Virus record (IMG/VR): IMGVR_UViG_3300028394_000057
Location: 27,336 to 91,335 of that record
Strand: one strand, 5' to 3'
DNA: 64,000 nt
Source of the DNA: a virus
Shown: positions 20,869-30,564 of the stretch, piece by piece
Layout of the letters: each line of letters starts with the position of its first letter
Numbering within the stretch: position 1 is the stretch's first letter
The notes under the pieces: model-generated
The model's input: the letters and a program-made list of their open reading frames with translations, nothing else
Database searches by the model: none
Told to the model about the DNA's origin: nothing
Program-made: the position numbers and the translations under genes

Positions 20869-22648
20869 TTTTCTTGAGGTACTAAAGAGCAACGTTTTTG
20901 CAGAGATACCAGTAGATGTTAAAACATTTGTTGAAGGTGAAGACTATTTGCAACAGCCACCACTATCTCAAATTCAGTATGACATTGTTGAAGCAATGTC
21001 ACAAATTTATAGACTAGAAGAGGTTATAGAACTACTTGGTGAAGAAGAAGGTCGTAGATACTACAAAAAATATACAAAGAATGAAGTAATCCTACAACTT
21101 GGAAAAGGTTCTGGTAAGGATTTTGTTTCTACTGTCGCTTGTTCCTATATTGTTTATAAATTACTTTGTCTTAAAGACCCTGCTCGTTATTTTGGCAAAC
21201 CTACTGGAGACGCTATTGATATTATCAACATTGCTGTTAACGCACAACAGGCTAAGAACGTTTTTTTTAAGGGTTTCAAAAACAAAATTGAGCGTTCACC
21301 TTGGTTCGCTGGTAAATATTATGCAAAAGTAGATAGCATTGAGTTTAATAATGCTATTACTGTTTATTCTGGACACTCAGAACGAGAGTCTCACGAAGGT
21401 CTAAACCTTATTCTGGCAGTGCTGGATGAAATTTCTGGTTTTGCTAATGAAGTTGGAACTGGAAATGACCAAGGAAAAACCGCAGACAACATCTATAAAG
21501 CCTTCCGTGCCTCCGTAGACAGTCGTTTTCCAGACTTAGGCAAAGTAGCACTACTTTCTTTTCCACGCTATCCTGGGGACTTTATTAGCCAAAGGTATGA
21601 CTCAGTTATTGCCGAAAAAGAAGTGGTAATAAAGAAACATAAGTTTATTATGAATGCAGATTTGCCAGAAGACGCAGATGGAAATAGCCTAGATATTGAA
21701 TGGGAAGAAGATAATATTTTGTCTTATAAATTTCCAGGAATGTTTGCTATTAAAAGACCTACATGGGTGGTAAATCCTACTCGTAAAATTGATGACTTTA
21801 AATTAGCGTTCTATACAGACCTGGGAGATGCCATGATGCGTTTTGCTTGTGTCCCCACCTACGCCTCTGACGCTTTCTTTAAGCAACAGGAAAAAGTTCG
21901 TGCTTGTATGACAATTGTAAACCCCATTGATTCTAATAAAAGTTTTATGGAATCATTTAAACCAGACCCAGATAAAAAATACTTTGTCCATGCTGACCTT
22001 GCACAACGCCACGACAAATGTGCTGTGGCTATTGCTCACGTTGAAAAATGGGTAAATGTGCAGGTAGTTAAAGATTATGCCCAAGTAATGCCTATCGTAG
22101 TGGTAGATGCAGTAGTATATTGGGAACCAAAAGTTGAAGGTCCTGTTAACCTTTCAGAGGTAAAGCAATGGATTCAGAACTTGAGGAGACTTGGATTTGA
22201 TTTGGGTATGGTATCGTTTGACCGTTGGCAATCGTTTGATATTCAAAATGAACTGAAGTCTGTTGGTATAAAGACTGAAACTGTTTCTGTTGCCAAGAAG
22301 CATTATGAAGATATGGCTATGCTTGTTTACGAAGAGCGTCTTGCTATGCCAGCCATAGAGTTGCTGTTTGAAGAACTAACAGAATTAAAAATTATGAGGG
22401 GTAATCGTGTAGACCACCCTAGAAAGTCCTCTAAGGACCTTGCAGATGCTGTATGCGGTGCTATCTTTGGTGCTATCTCTCACACTGTAAAAGACATGAA
22501 TCAGATGGTAGAAATACATACATTTCGTGACAGAAAACCAACAGAAGAAATGCATGAGTTTGACAAGCGTAATATCATTCAACGCAATAAACCAGAGCAA
22601 AAAGATTTAGATGCATACTTTAAACAGTTCAACATAAATATAATGTAG
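20852..22648 (+). CDS. Terminase large subunit
   Basis: Walker A GKGSGKD, VLDEI Walker B, HADLA nuclease, DHP....KDLADA. Confidence 0.9.
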   Translation: MSMFNDFLEVLKSNVFAEIPVDVKTFVEGEDYLQQPPLSQIQYDIVEAMSQIYRLEEVIELLGEEEGRRYYKKYTKNEVILQLGKGSGKDFVSTVACSYIVYKLLCLKDPARYFGKPTGDAIDIINIAVNAQQAKNVFFKGFKNKIERSPWFAGKYYAKVDSIEFNNAITVYSGHSERESHEGLNLILAVLDEISGFANEVGTGNDQGKTADNIYKAFRASVDSRFPDLGKVALLSFPRYPGDFISQRYDSVIAEKEVVIKKHKFIMNADLPEDADGNSLDIEWEEDNILSYKFPGMFAIKRPTWVVNPTRKIDDFKLAFYTDLGDAMMRFACVPTYASDAFFKQQEKVRACMTIVNPIDSNKSFMESFKPDPDKKYFVHADLAQRHDKCAVAIAHVEKWVNVQVVKDYAQVMPIVVVDAVVYWEPKVEGPVNLSEVKQWIQNLRRLGFDLGMVSFDRWQSFDIQNELKSVGIKTETVSVAKKHYEDMAMLVYEERLAMPAIELLFEELTELKIMRGNRVDHPRKSSKDLADAVCGAIFGAISHTVKDMNQMVEIHTFRDRKPTEEMHEFDKRNIIQRNKPEQKDLDAYFKQFNINIM

Positions 22649-22692
22649 TGGTATAATAGTTTTGTTGGACATTCCCAACAAGGAGACTACAA

Positions 22693-24633
22693 ATTAATAA
22701 CAAAACCTCAAGATTTATACTAGCAATATTTTTAGCCTTTTTCTGTTTATTTTTTCCATCAACAGCCTCTGCAGAAACAAGGGCTGAATATGATGCAGTT
22801 GTAGCAGAAGCACAGGCTTTAGTTGATGCTACCAAAACCGCTTTGACAGTTGCTCAGGAAGCATACCAGACAGCCTTGAATGAAAAGGCTACAATAGATT
22901 CCATGGTAGAGTCAAACAAAACAGTTTTAGATAATGCAATCCTAGATGTTGAAAGCAAGCAATTGCTGGTAGATAAAGCACAAGTAGACTTAGATTTGGC
23001 TAAGGAAAATTACAACACAAAATTAATTTCAGACCCTAATTGGACTAGACCTGATAAAGAGGTCACACAAACTATTGACGTTCCATATACAGTTCAAGTT
23101 CCATATACGGAGTTAGTTCCAAGAACAGAACTTGTACCGAGAACAATCTTAGTTCCTAATACAAGGATGGAGTCTTATCTAGATTATGAGCCAGTTGAAG
23201 TCACAACTTTGGTTCCAGGTGGACTTACAGCAACTTCTTACAACAGACAAGGGTACAACAATGCTCCACCACTACCAACAGAAACAGAAACACCACTAGC
23301 AACTAAGAATGTTCCTAACATTGATTTCCAATGGGGCGGTGGCTTGGTCTTAAACTCTGGAAAAACTGAAGATGTTTTAGTAAAGTTTGAAGGTAACCTA
23401 ATGGTTCCACAAGATGGATGGTATAGTTTTTACGCTCCAGGAGATGACGGAGTTAAGTTAACAATTGCTGGCATGAGCCTTATCAATGATTGGCGTGACA
23501 AAGGTGGAGGTGGCAGCACCTCACAAGAAGTATGGATTAGAGCAGGTGTTTTTTATCCAACCACACTATACTATTATGAAAATGGTGGTGGAGCATGGGT
23601 ACAACTTTATTCAAAAATTTCTGGTGGTAATATGCAAATTGTTCCTGCATCATGGTTTGGAGAAAGAACAGTAACAGAGATAGTATATCAACCAGTTGTA
23701 AAGTACTACGAGGTAACTTATTACACAGAGGAAATTGTTTATGATGAGGTAATTGTGTATGATGAAATTACTTTATTTAGAGAAGAAATTAGATATAGAA
23801 AAGAAGATATCATCATTGTTGTTCCAGATGAGGATGCTAGTGCTCCACTAATCAATAACCCAGAACTACTGCTGGTTGTTGGTATAGCACAGACCAACTT
23901 AGATGAAAAACAATCTACTTTGTTATTTGCAATATCCGATAGAGATAAGTTGCAGCAAAACTACGAGTCTTCTTTGCTAGTTCAAACAGAAAAAGCAGGT
24001 ATAATTGAAGTAACATCGCAGGGTGTAATAACAAAACAGGAGGAACTACTTGTCGCAGAACAAGAACTACAAGCCATTCCACCTTATGAAGAGCCAACAC
24101 CTACACCTACGGAGACCGAGGAACCTGTTGAAAAGCCAACAGAAGTTATCCCAGAGCCGCTACCAGAGCCAGAGCCGCCAGTGTCCCCCGAACCCAATCA
24201 ACCTGAGTTACCAGTAGATATAGCCACGGTAGACCCACAATCACTTTCAAATGAACAAGTAGCAGAACTTATATCTGTAGCAAATGAAATATTAAATAAT
24301 TCCGAGCAAGGCTCACCAGAGTATGAAGAAGCCCTTGACGCTTTGTTTGTTGCTGCTCAGGCAGATGACATTGTAATCTCTGAAGAACTTGCAGCCATTC
24401 CAGGTGCAGCGGCTTTAGTTGGTGCAATTAACTTTATGGGTAACGTTGGTTCTGACATGTCTCCAAAGGTAAGAGAAGAATCTAAAAAGATTGTTGTAAC
24501 AGCAGTTGTTGCTGTTGGAGCAGCAGTCAACGCAGCAACAGGAGCAGCATTATCTGCAGCAGCACCATCAGCGGCAGCATCTGCATCAGCAGGTGGCTCA
24601 GGTGGAACATCAAGTACAAGGAGGAAAGATTAA
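22693..24633 (+). CDS. Secreted/surface PA14-domain protein; probable ATT start at 22693
   Basis: IDFQWGGG, DDGVKL, YYENGGGA PA14 motifs; coiled coils, PE/PT linker; in-frame signal-peptide-like extension upstream of the TTG at 22843. Confidence 0.7.
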   Translation: MNNKTSRFILAIFLAFFCLFFPSTASAETRAEYDAVVAEAQALVDATKTALTVAQEAYQTALNEKATIDSMVESNKTVLDNAILDVESKQLLVDKAQVDLDLAKENYNTKLISDPNWTRPDKEVTQTIDVPYTVQVPYTELVPRTELVPRTILVPNTRMESYLDYEPVEVTTLVPGGLTATSYNRQGYNNAPPLPTETETPLATKNVPNIDFQWGGGLVLNSGKTEDVLVKFEGNLMVPQDGWYSFYAPGDDGVKLTIAGMSLINDWRDKGGGGSTSQEVWIRAGVFYPTTLYYYENGGGAWVQLYSKISGGNMQIVPASWFGERTVTEIVYQPVVKYYEVTYYTEEIVYDEVIVYDEITLFREEIRYRKEDIIIVVPDEDASAPLINNPELLLVVGIAQTNLDEKQSTLLFAISDRDKLQQNYESSLLVQTEKAGIIEVTSQGVITKQEELLVAEQELQAIPPYEEPTPTPTETEEPVEKPTEVIPEPLPEPEPPVSPEPNQPELPVDIATVDPQSLSNEQVAELISVANEILNNSEQGSPEYEEALDALFVAAQADDIVISEELAAIPGAAALVGAINFMGNVGSDMSPKVREESKKIVVTAVVAVGAAVNAATGAALSAAAPSAAASASAGGSGGTSSTRRKD

Positions 24634-24812
24634 TGAAGAATTTTTTAAATGACCTACTGGGTCAAGCATGGACACTCCTTGGTATGTTTGTAGCATGGCT
24701 GGTCCTTGAGGGTTCAGCAAAAGAAGTTGTAGGATATGCAATCTTTGGAACATCAGTTCTATGGATGATTACTTATCCACTTAGAAATCCAAAAGACAAG
24801 GAGGAAGATTAA
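24633..24812 (+). CDS. Small membrane protein (59 aa, not in ORF track)
   Basis: MKNFLNDLLGQAWTLLGMFVAWLVLEG...; two hydrophobic segments; coupled at both ends. Confidence 0.65.
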   Translation: MKNFLNDLLGQAWTLLGMFVAWLVLEGSAKEVVGYAIFGTSVLWMITYPLRNPKDKEED

Positions 24813-25099
24813 TGAAACTATTCGGTAATGTATTTATGCGTATCGTTGCTACGTTCGTTGCATCTGCACTTGGTGTAGTTGGTGCAGGAACAGTGGCAAG
24901 CGGTATAAGCGGAATTGATATCCCAGTTTGGTTTAGTGCTGTTATGGGTGGTATTTTGGCAGTAGCCAAGGTTGTAGAACTCCTAGCCCTAGCATTCCTT
25001 GAAGATGGCAAACTATCTCGTAATGAGATTAATGCTGCTTTCCGTCAGACTGTTGCTCTTAAAGATGTAAAAGAAGATGTAGAAACATCAAAGAAATAA
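24812..25099 (+). CDS. Membrane protein, holin-like
   Basis: Two TM segments, charged C-tail, near M23 peptidase. Confidence 0.5.
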   Translation: MKLFGNVFMRIVATFVASALGVVGAGTVASGISGIDIPVWFSAVMGGILAVAKVVELLALAFLEDGKLSRNEINAAFRQTVALKDVKEDVETSKK

Positions 25100-25156
25100 C
25101 TTGACAAACCTCTTTCAGTAGTTTATACTAGATATAGACCTGAAAGGGGTTTTTCT

Positions 25157-25396
25157 ATGTCAATGACTTTTGACGAATGGCTACAACATGGCTTAACACA
25201 AGGCTGGATTGGTCCTGCTGTATGCAGTACACACGATGGCGTTCCTACCACTAGAGATGAAGATTTAGAGTGGGAAACTGGAGACCCATGTATCCATGTA
25301 CTAAGACTATATGAAGATGAAGCAACCAAGTTGGCTGTTGAAGAAAATCATGCTCCGTCTGTATGGCGAGCAACAAACAGTGGTTACACTGTATAA
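25157..25396 (+). CDS. Conserved phage hypothetical protein
   Basis: C.THDG.P ... DPC.H motif; TTGACA-17-TATACT promoter at 25102-25129. Confidence 0.6.
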   Translation: MSMTFDEWLQHGLTQGWIGPAVCSTHDGVPTTRDEDLEWETGDPCIHVLRLYEDEATKLAVEENHAPSVWRATNSGYTV

Positions 25397-25407
25397 TTAA
25401 ATAGTGA

Positions 25408-25480
25408 TGGGCATTAACTCAGTTGGCAGAGTGTTCGACTGTTAATCGAAATGTCCCTGGTTCGAGCCCAGGATGCCCAG
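25408..25480 (+). tRNA. tRNA-Asn(GTT)
   Basis: Cloverleaf: TGGGCAT/ATGCCCA acceptor, TTCGA-CTGTTAA-TCGAA anticodon arm, GGTTCGAG T loop. Confidence 0.92.
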
Positions 25481-25484
25481 CAAA

Positions 25485-25556
25485 GCCACCTTAACTCAGC
25501 GGTAGAGTGCCATACTTGTAATATGGAGGTCAACAGTTCAAATCTGTTAGGTGGCT
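25485..25556 (+). tRNA. tRNA-Thr(TGT)
   Basis: GCCACCT/AGGTGGC acceptor, CCATA-CTTGTAA-TATGG anticodon arm, GTTCAAATC T loop. Confidence 0.92.
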
Positions 25557-25622
25557 CTGATGAATGCTATAATAGTATTACTATGAGCAATCGTAGAATA
25601 CATCTTGAAAGGAAGTATAATT

Positions 25623-26087
25623 ATGACAGCAATTTATAAAGAACCATTCCCAGCAAAAACTCGTGGAGATGAATTCGGAAACCTAGCCCCTTATCGTGAG
25701 GGTAGACCACACAGAGGTCAGGACTGGAGTCCAAAGGAACTTTCACCAATTCCAGCAATCACTGATGGAACAGTTTTTCTTAATGAGTGGAGTGATGGTC
25801 TAGGTTGGTTTCTAGTTCATTCAGCAAAAGACGGACACTTCGTTTTATACGCTCACCTAGCAGAACAGTCACCATTGAAGAAAGACTCTAAAGTTAAACT
25901 TGGAGATATCATTGGTAAAGTTGGCGGTGGAAAGAAAACTCCATCAGGTAAATTCTCAACTGGAGCACACCTACACCTGAGCATTGGTAAGGCTAACAAG
26001 GCTTGGAGCAATCCAACAATTCACCTATCGGCATATGATGACTTGGTAGACCCACTAAAGCACATTCTAGCAAACTCAGGAAAGTAA
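25623..26087 (+). CDS. M23 family peptidase (probable endolysin)
   Basis: H.G.D, YAHL, STGAHLH motifs; ATG at 25623 follows GAAAGGA. Confidence 0.85.
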   Translation: MTAIYKEPFPAKTRGDEFGNLAPYREGRPHRGQDWSPKELSPIPAITDGTVFLNEWSDGLGWFLVHSAKDGHFVLYAHLAEQSPLKKDSKVKLGDIIGKVGGGKKTPSGKFSTGAHLHLSIGKANKAWSNPTIHLSAYDDLVDPLKHILANSGK

Positions 26088-26088
26088 A

Positions 26089-26265
26089 ATGCCAGAATAC
26101 ACTTTTAAATGTCCAACATGTAATAAGATTGATAAAGATACCAGAACTTTTGAAGATGCTGCAAAAGAATTTTTATGCAAATCTTGTAATGCTCCAATGA
26201 ATAAAGTATATTCTATTGGTGTTGTCAAGTTTAACGGTGGAGGATTTTACTCAAATGACAAATAG
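26089..26265 (+). CDS. FmdB-family zinc ribbon protein (not in ORF track)
   Basis: MPEYTFKCPTC...CKSC...KFNGGGFYSND. Confidence 0.8.
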   Translation: MPEYTFKCPTCNKIDKDTRTFEDAAKEFLCKSCNAPMNKVYSIGVVKFNGGGFYSNDK

Positions 26266-26482
26266 CCTAATTGAACAAATTGATAAGAAGTGGACACTAT
26301 CAGCATTAGATAGATGTGATGCATGTGGCTCACAGGCTTATGTTCAAGCATTAGGAACAGCAGGGGATTTGCTTTTCTGTGCTCATCATTACGAGGGTAT
26401 TCTAAGAAATGAAAAGGCACAGGAAGCAATGACCAAATTTGCTTATCAAATTATTGATGAGCGTGAACAATTGAGTGAGTAG
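26255..26482 (+). CDS. Actinobacteria-type small zinc-binding protein
   Basis: LSALDRCDACGSQAYV...LLFCAHH...IIDER. Confidence 0.65.
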   Translation: MTNSLIEQIDKKWTLSALDRCDACGSQAYVQALGTAGDLLFCAHHYEGILRNEKAQEAMTKFAYQIIDEREQLSE

Positions 26483-26484
26483 TT

Positions 26485-26898
26485 ATGGAATATTTTTTAG
26501 GGTCAGTAGTTACCTTAGTAAGCATTTTTATTACTGTTAAATTTATTAGACAGCCAAAAAATAAATTTATCAATAACTTTATTGTTCATAATCAATCAAG
26601 GCTGCACGATTTAACAAAATATATGCTTCCAGAAATTAAGTCAGAACCTATCAAAACACAGGCAACCGAATATTTTGATTCAAAGCATATTAAGGTTGTA
26701 TATACCAGTAGCAGTGTTTATTGGATTCAGGACGGTGTCTTCTATACCGCTGATTTTATTAATGGAGAAGTTTTACAAGAAACTAAGAAAAAGGTTGACA
26801 CAAGTACCATGAGTAAGGTAGAATTAGATAAGATAAGTTTTATCGTAGATATATTAGCAAAGGATGAAAAGAATGATAGTGGCAATTCAGGGAAGTAA
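26485..26898 (+). CDS. Hypothetical protein with N-terminal TM helix
   Basis: Hydrophobic N-terminus. Confidence 0.55.
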   Translation: MEYFLGSVVTLVSIFITVKFIRQPKNKFINNFIVHNQSRLHDLTKYMLPEIKSEPIKTQATEYFDSKHIKVVYTSSSVYWIQDGVFYTADFINGEVLQETKKKVDTSTMSKVELDKISFIVDILAKDEKNDSGNSGK

Positions 26899-27223
26899 GA
26901 ACTTCAATGACTACAACGTATTCTTAAGAGCAATGGGGGTAGCCCTATCTAGCCTACCAGAAGGCGATACTGACATACTTTTTGCATCTGCTGGACCATT
27001 AAACATTAATAACATGGGCATGGAATTTACTAACATATCTGAACGCAGTCTAAAGGCTCGTGGAATTAACATTAAGTTAATTAAGGTTCCACCTACTTGG
27101 ATTAAAAATAATATTAATAGCATTGGTTATTTTGCTTATTTTAGCAAACCAAAAGAACCACTATCTGAATTAGTAAACTTGGCTGAAGCCAAGGATATTG
27201 AGGTAGGGGTTTATCGTTACTAA
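26864..27223 (+). CDS. Hypothetical protein (SLOG/YspA-like fold possible)
   Basis: IVAIQGSKNFNDY N-terminus. Confidence 0.45.
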   Translation: MKRMIVAIQGSKNFNDYNVFLRAMGVALSSLPEGDTDILFASAGPLNINNMGMEFTNISERSLKARGINIKLIKVPPTWIKNNINSIGYFAYFSKPKEPLSELVNLAEAKDIEVGVYRY

Positions 27224-27237
27224 ACGAAAGGGTGATT

Positions 27238-27459
27238 ATGTTAATTAAATCACTAGAAGAAATGGAAACAATTGTAGAAAACAATAAGTTTCTATCATGG
27301 GATGGCTGGACAGTTTTAGAACTGAAAAAGTCTGCAATGGCATGGTTAAAACCAAATGCTAAGTTTATTAAACACGAATGGTATACTGCTAATCGTTTTG
27401 ATGTAAACGAGAGTGGCTGGAATATACCTGCTAGTTTGGTAAAGAAGAATGCCAAATGA
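27238..27459 (+). CDS. Hypothetical protein
   Basis: LSWDGWTV motif; RBS GAAAGGG. Confidence 0.55.
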   Translation: MLIKSLEEMETIVENNKFLSWDGWTVLELKKSAMAWLKPNAKFIKHEWYTANRFDVNESGWNIPASLVKKNAK

Positions 27460-27739
27460 AAATTGGAAAGATGAAGCCTTATGTAAAGGTGACGATGTTA
27501 ATCTATTCTTTGATACTTATGAGCAAGATGTTGAAGTCAGAAAAGAAGTAGATTCTTTATGTTCTATTTGTCCAATGGCTCGTATATGTTTTGCAGTTGG
27601 GGTATCTCAAAAATCATATGGTGTTTGGGGTGGAGTTTACTTAGATAGAGGTAAAGTTTCCAGGGAATTTAATAAGCACAAAACCAAGCAAGACTGGACA
27701 GAAACATGGCAACACCTAACAACAGATAAGGAATTCTAA
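27449..27739 (+). CDS. whiB: WhiB-family transcription factor
   Basis: W...ALC......FF...C..C.....C and YGVWGG. Confidence 0.9.
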   Translation: MPNENWKDEALCKGDDVNLFFDTYEQDVEVRKEVDSLCSICPMARICFAVGVSQKSYGVWGGVYLDRGKVSREFNKHKTKQDWTETWQHLTTDKEF

Positions 27740-27981
27740 TGTATACACCAGAGATGGCAACAGCATTTAAAGCAATAGTGCCACCAAAGAATTTTGGTCT
27801 CACTATCTATGACAATGATAATTTTGTTACGCTTGAAATTAATCCTAAAGATTTGGTTGATTTGCTTGACGAAGACAAGACAGCAGTGGTAAAATATATC
27901 AATGATGTCAAAAGTATTTTGGAAGAACTTGGAGCAATTGTGTTTATAGTTAGAGAGGCGTTAGAATCTAATGTGGATTAA
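27739..27981 (+). CDS. Hypothetical protein
   Basis: Coupled ORF. Confidence 0.55.
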   Translation: MYTPEMATAFKAIVPPKNFGLTIYDNDNFVTLEINPKDLVDLLDEDKTAVVKYINDVKSILEELGAIVFIVREALESNVD

Positions 27982-28402
27982 TATTTCAATTGGAGTGGTG
28001 GTAACAGTCGTACTATTCTACACAACCTATAGATTGCTTAGATATAGAATTGCTTTTCAAAATCTAGCAAACGAGTATCTTCAAAAGTTATCCGATAACG
28101 AACTTTTGCTTAAAGAAATAAACAGACTTAATCAGCAAATAAACAATAAAGAACTTGAAAATTCAGATGGTTTTTTAAAATTTGTTTCAGATTCTCGTGA
28201 CTGGGCTTTTCAGTATATTGAACAGGTTCAAAAAGCACTTAATGAATTTGATGAAGAGGTTGCACCCCAACTTGAATGGGCTAATACCTTTGGTCAGGCT
28301 GCAGGTGACACAGTTCACACAGGAACAATGAAAAAGATTTCCGAGGCATACGATAAACTAAAATCAATATTGCCAGAGAATACCGAAACGCCTAATAACT
28401 AG
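27971..28402 (+). CDS. Membrane-anchored coiled-coil protein
   Basis: N-terminal TM; FLKFVSDSRDWAF.YIE. Confidence 0.55.
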   Translation: MWINISIGVVVTVVLFYTTYRLLRYRIAFQNLANEYLQKLSDNELLLKEINRLNQQINNKELENSDGFLKFVSDSRDWAFQYIEQVQKALNEFDEEVAPQLEWANTFGQAAGDTVHTGTMKKISEAYDKLKSILPENTETPNN

Positions 28403-28424
28403 GCACTAAACAAGGAGAAACAAA

Positions 28425-28709
28425 ATGAGTACAACTCAACTAAAGGCTCTGTTCGCATCATATTTGCGTAGCATCCTATCCGCAGTGGCAGCACTATACT
28501 TGGCTGGCATTACAGACCCACAGACTCTTCTATGGTCTTTGGTTGCTGCATTGCTACCAGTTGCAACAAGAGCAGTAAATCCAAAGGACAAGGCATTTGG
28601 TATTGTTCCATCTGCTGAAGTTGTTGCAGAGGCTCTTAAGGATGTCAAGGTAACAAAGGCACCAGTTAAGAAGACTGTGACGGTCAAGAAGACGGTTACA
28701 AAGAAGTAA
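28425..28709 (+). CDS. Putative holin
   Basis: Two TM segments, NPKDKAFG motif, Lys-rich tail; AAGGAG RBS. Confidence 0.55.
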   Translation: MSTTQLKALFASYLRSILSAVAALYLAGITDPQTLLWSLVAALLPVATRAVNPKDKAFGIVPSAEVVAEALKDVKVTKAPVKKTVTVKKTVTKK

Positions 28710-28723
28710 TCTTAATAAATATT

Positions 28724-28753
28724 AAGGCGAGTCTAGAAATAGGCTCGTCTTTC
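28724..28753. terminator. Bidirectional terminator between convergent operons
   Basis: AAGGCGAGTCTA-GAAA-TAGGCTCGTCTT hairpin. Confidence 0.65.
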
Positions 28754-29833
28754 TATATTTGGCAATATTTCTTTTACCTTTAATAATATCTCTAGGTATT
28801 CAAATAAATTTAAATAATTTTGTTTTAAAGATTCTTGAGAAAATTGATTATATCCAATTTTGTATGCACTTTCTTTCAAAGAACTATCGTCTTCCATAGC
28901 CATGTAAGAGTCTATTTTTTGTGCCAACTCAACTGGCGACCCTGCATAAGCAGTTATAGTTCTTCTTGTATTAAATGTTTTAATCTGAGTAGACCTGATA
29001 AGCCATTCTTTTGGTAGCACCTTGTCATTTGGAGAAATGTTGGTCATAATTACTGGCAAGCCACTAAGCAAAGCCTCGTTCATTGGTAAACATAATCCAG
29101 CAAACCTTCTTGGCAAAATTAAAGCATCAAATCCATCATACAAATCTGCTCTATTGACAACATTAAAATATTCTATTCTTGCCCTGGGGTCATTACAAAT
29201 AAAGTTAGAACCAGTTTGAACCTTAAAAACAATTTCAAAATCTGACTCTGCATACTTTAACATTTCAATTACTGTATTTGTTCCATTTCTATCTTGTGTT
29301 GCTGCTTTTCCAACAACATGAAGCAAACGTCTATGTTTTTTAGATAAATTGTTTTGTCTAACTTTGTCAAACTGAGTGTGTTCTGTTGGTGGCGGCAAGT
29401 GAAGAACCTCACAGTGGTTTCCATATAATTCTTTAACTTCTTCTAAATACCAAAAACTTGGAGAGAGTAATACATCTGGCAAATGTGTTGGTTCCATGTG
29501 ATGCAAAAATTCATAATTGAATTGTAATATTGTTTTTATTCCTCTATCCCTGGCAAATGGAACAACATTGTCAGAATAGAATAGTTCGCAAGAAATTACA
29601 ACATCCAAATCGTTTAAAAATTCTAAAACTTCTTGTTCTTGTATCCAGCCTTCTGGATTTCCTAACTGAGTGTTATAGTCTTTATACCATTCTGGATGTG
29701 TTGCAAACTTGCCCTCATTCCAACTAGAAGAATCTACTAAAAATACTTTAGATGGATTAAGCATTTTTGCTAATTCTAAACATTGATTACCTAAACCAGT
29801 ATCATCCATTCTTGCTATAAGACCTATTTTCAT
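28733..29833 (-). CDS. Glycosyltransferase (GT-B, GT4-like)
   Basis: DTGLG N-terminus; LPRRFAGLCLPMNEALLSGLPVI. Confidence 0.8.
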   Translation of the reverse strand: MKIGLIARMDDTGLGNQCLELAKMLNPSKVFLVDSSSWNEGKFATHPEWYKDYNTQLGNPEGWIQEQEVLEFLNDLDVVISCELFYSDNVVPFARDRGIKTILQFNYEFLHHMEPTHLPDVLLSPSFWYLEEVKELYGNHCEVLHLPPPTEHTQFDKVRQNNLSKKHRRLLHVVGKAATQDRNGTNTVIEMLKYAESDFEIVFKVQTGSNFICNDPRARIEYFNVVNRADLYDGFDALILPRRFAGLCLPMNEALLSGLPVIMTNISPNDKVLPKEWLIRSTQIKTFNTRRTITAYAGSPVELAQKIDSYMAMEDDSSLKESAYKIGYNQFSQESLKQNYLNLFEYLEILLKVKEILPNIERRAYF

Positions 29834-30564
29834 TCTGTTAGACCCCAAGCAATATCATCGCTAGTGAATTTTCTAGTTCCAGCACGACCATCTAAATGAT
29901 AAGAGGATGCAACATCAACCCCATTGTTTGGATAATATATCCAAACTTTATTTACATTCCAATTATTGATAACAACATAACTGTAAAACCTATCTTCAAT
30001 AAACTCTTTATCATGGGACTGTGCAAGCACCACGTCTCTATAATAAGACACTTTAGATATGTGTGGTCTTTGGCTCCATTGAATTGTTTTTAAAAAGTTT
30101 CCTTCTTTTTCTAACATCAAATAATCATGCTCTTCTGGAATTTCTTTCATAGGATGGAATCTAACTGTATTGCAGTTGTCTGTCTCTAACATGTCTAAAC
30201 ATTCTTGTATATTAATTTTGTTTTTAATGAGAGGGGTATCAGATTCAATATACAGAATAAGAGAAGTGTTAACTAAATCAATAGTCTCTTTCATCATAGT
30301 GGTTTGATGTTTATGTTCTGTAAAGATAATAGGCAATACGTTTGTCCACTCATGCAATGACTTCCAAAGAATTCTATTCTTATATTCGTCATATCTGTCT
30401 TTCCAAGTAAGTCTTTCATCTCTAAGACCATCTACTTGTAAAATAATTTCGCTGTCAGGAAAATAATGTCTAACACTATCCATGGTTTCTTCAAGAATAC
30501 TGGTATCTGGATGACTTGGTATTACAGATGTTGGTATAATTATTGTTACATCTTTAGAGTTCAT
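29830..30564 (-). CDS. Glycosyltransferase (GT-A, GT2-like)
   Basis: VTIIIPTS, LYIESD motif. Confidence 0.65.
   Translation of the reverse strand: MNSKDVTIIIPTSVIPSHPDTSILEETMDSVRHYFPDSEIILQVDGLRDERLTWKDRYDEYKNRILWKSLHEWTNVLPIIFTEHKHQTTMMKETIDLVNTSLILYIESDTPLIKNKINIQECLDMLETDNCNTVRFHPMKEIPEEHDYLMLEKEGNFLKTIQWSQRPHISKVSYYRDVVLAQSHDKEFIEDRFYSYVVINNWNVNKVWIYYPNNGVDVASSYHLDGRAGTRKFTSDDIAWGLTE

Noticed and set aside
12854-22648. Inteins or introns in dnaE, recA, terL
   Set aside because: Lengths are normal and no splicing motifs or frame breaks were seen
25451-25639. 62-aa ORF in track
   Set aside because: Overlaps two clear tRNA genes
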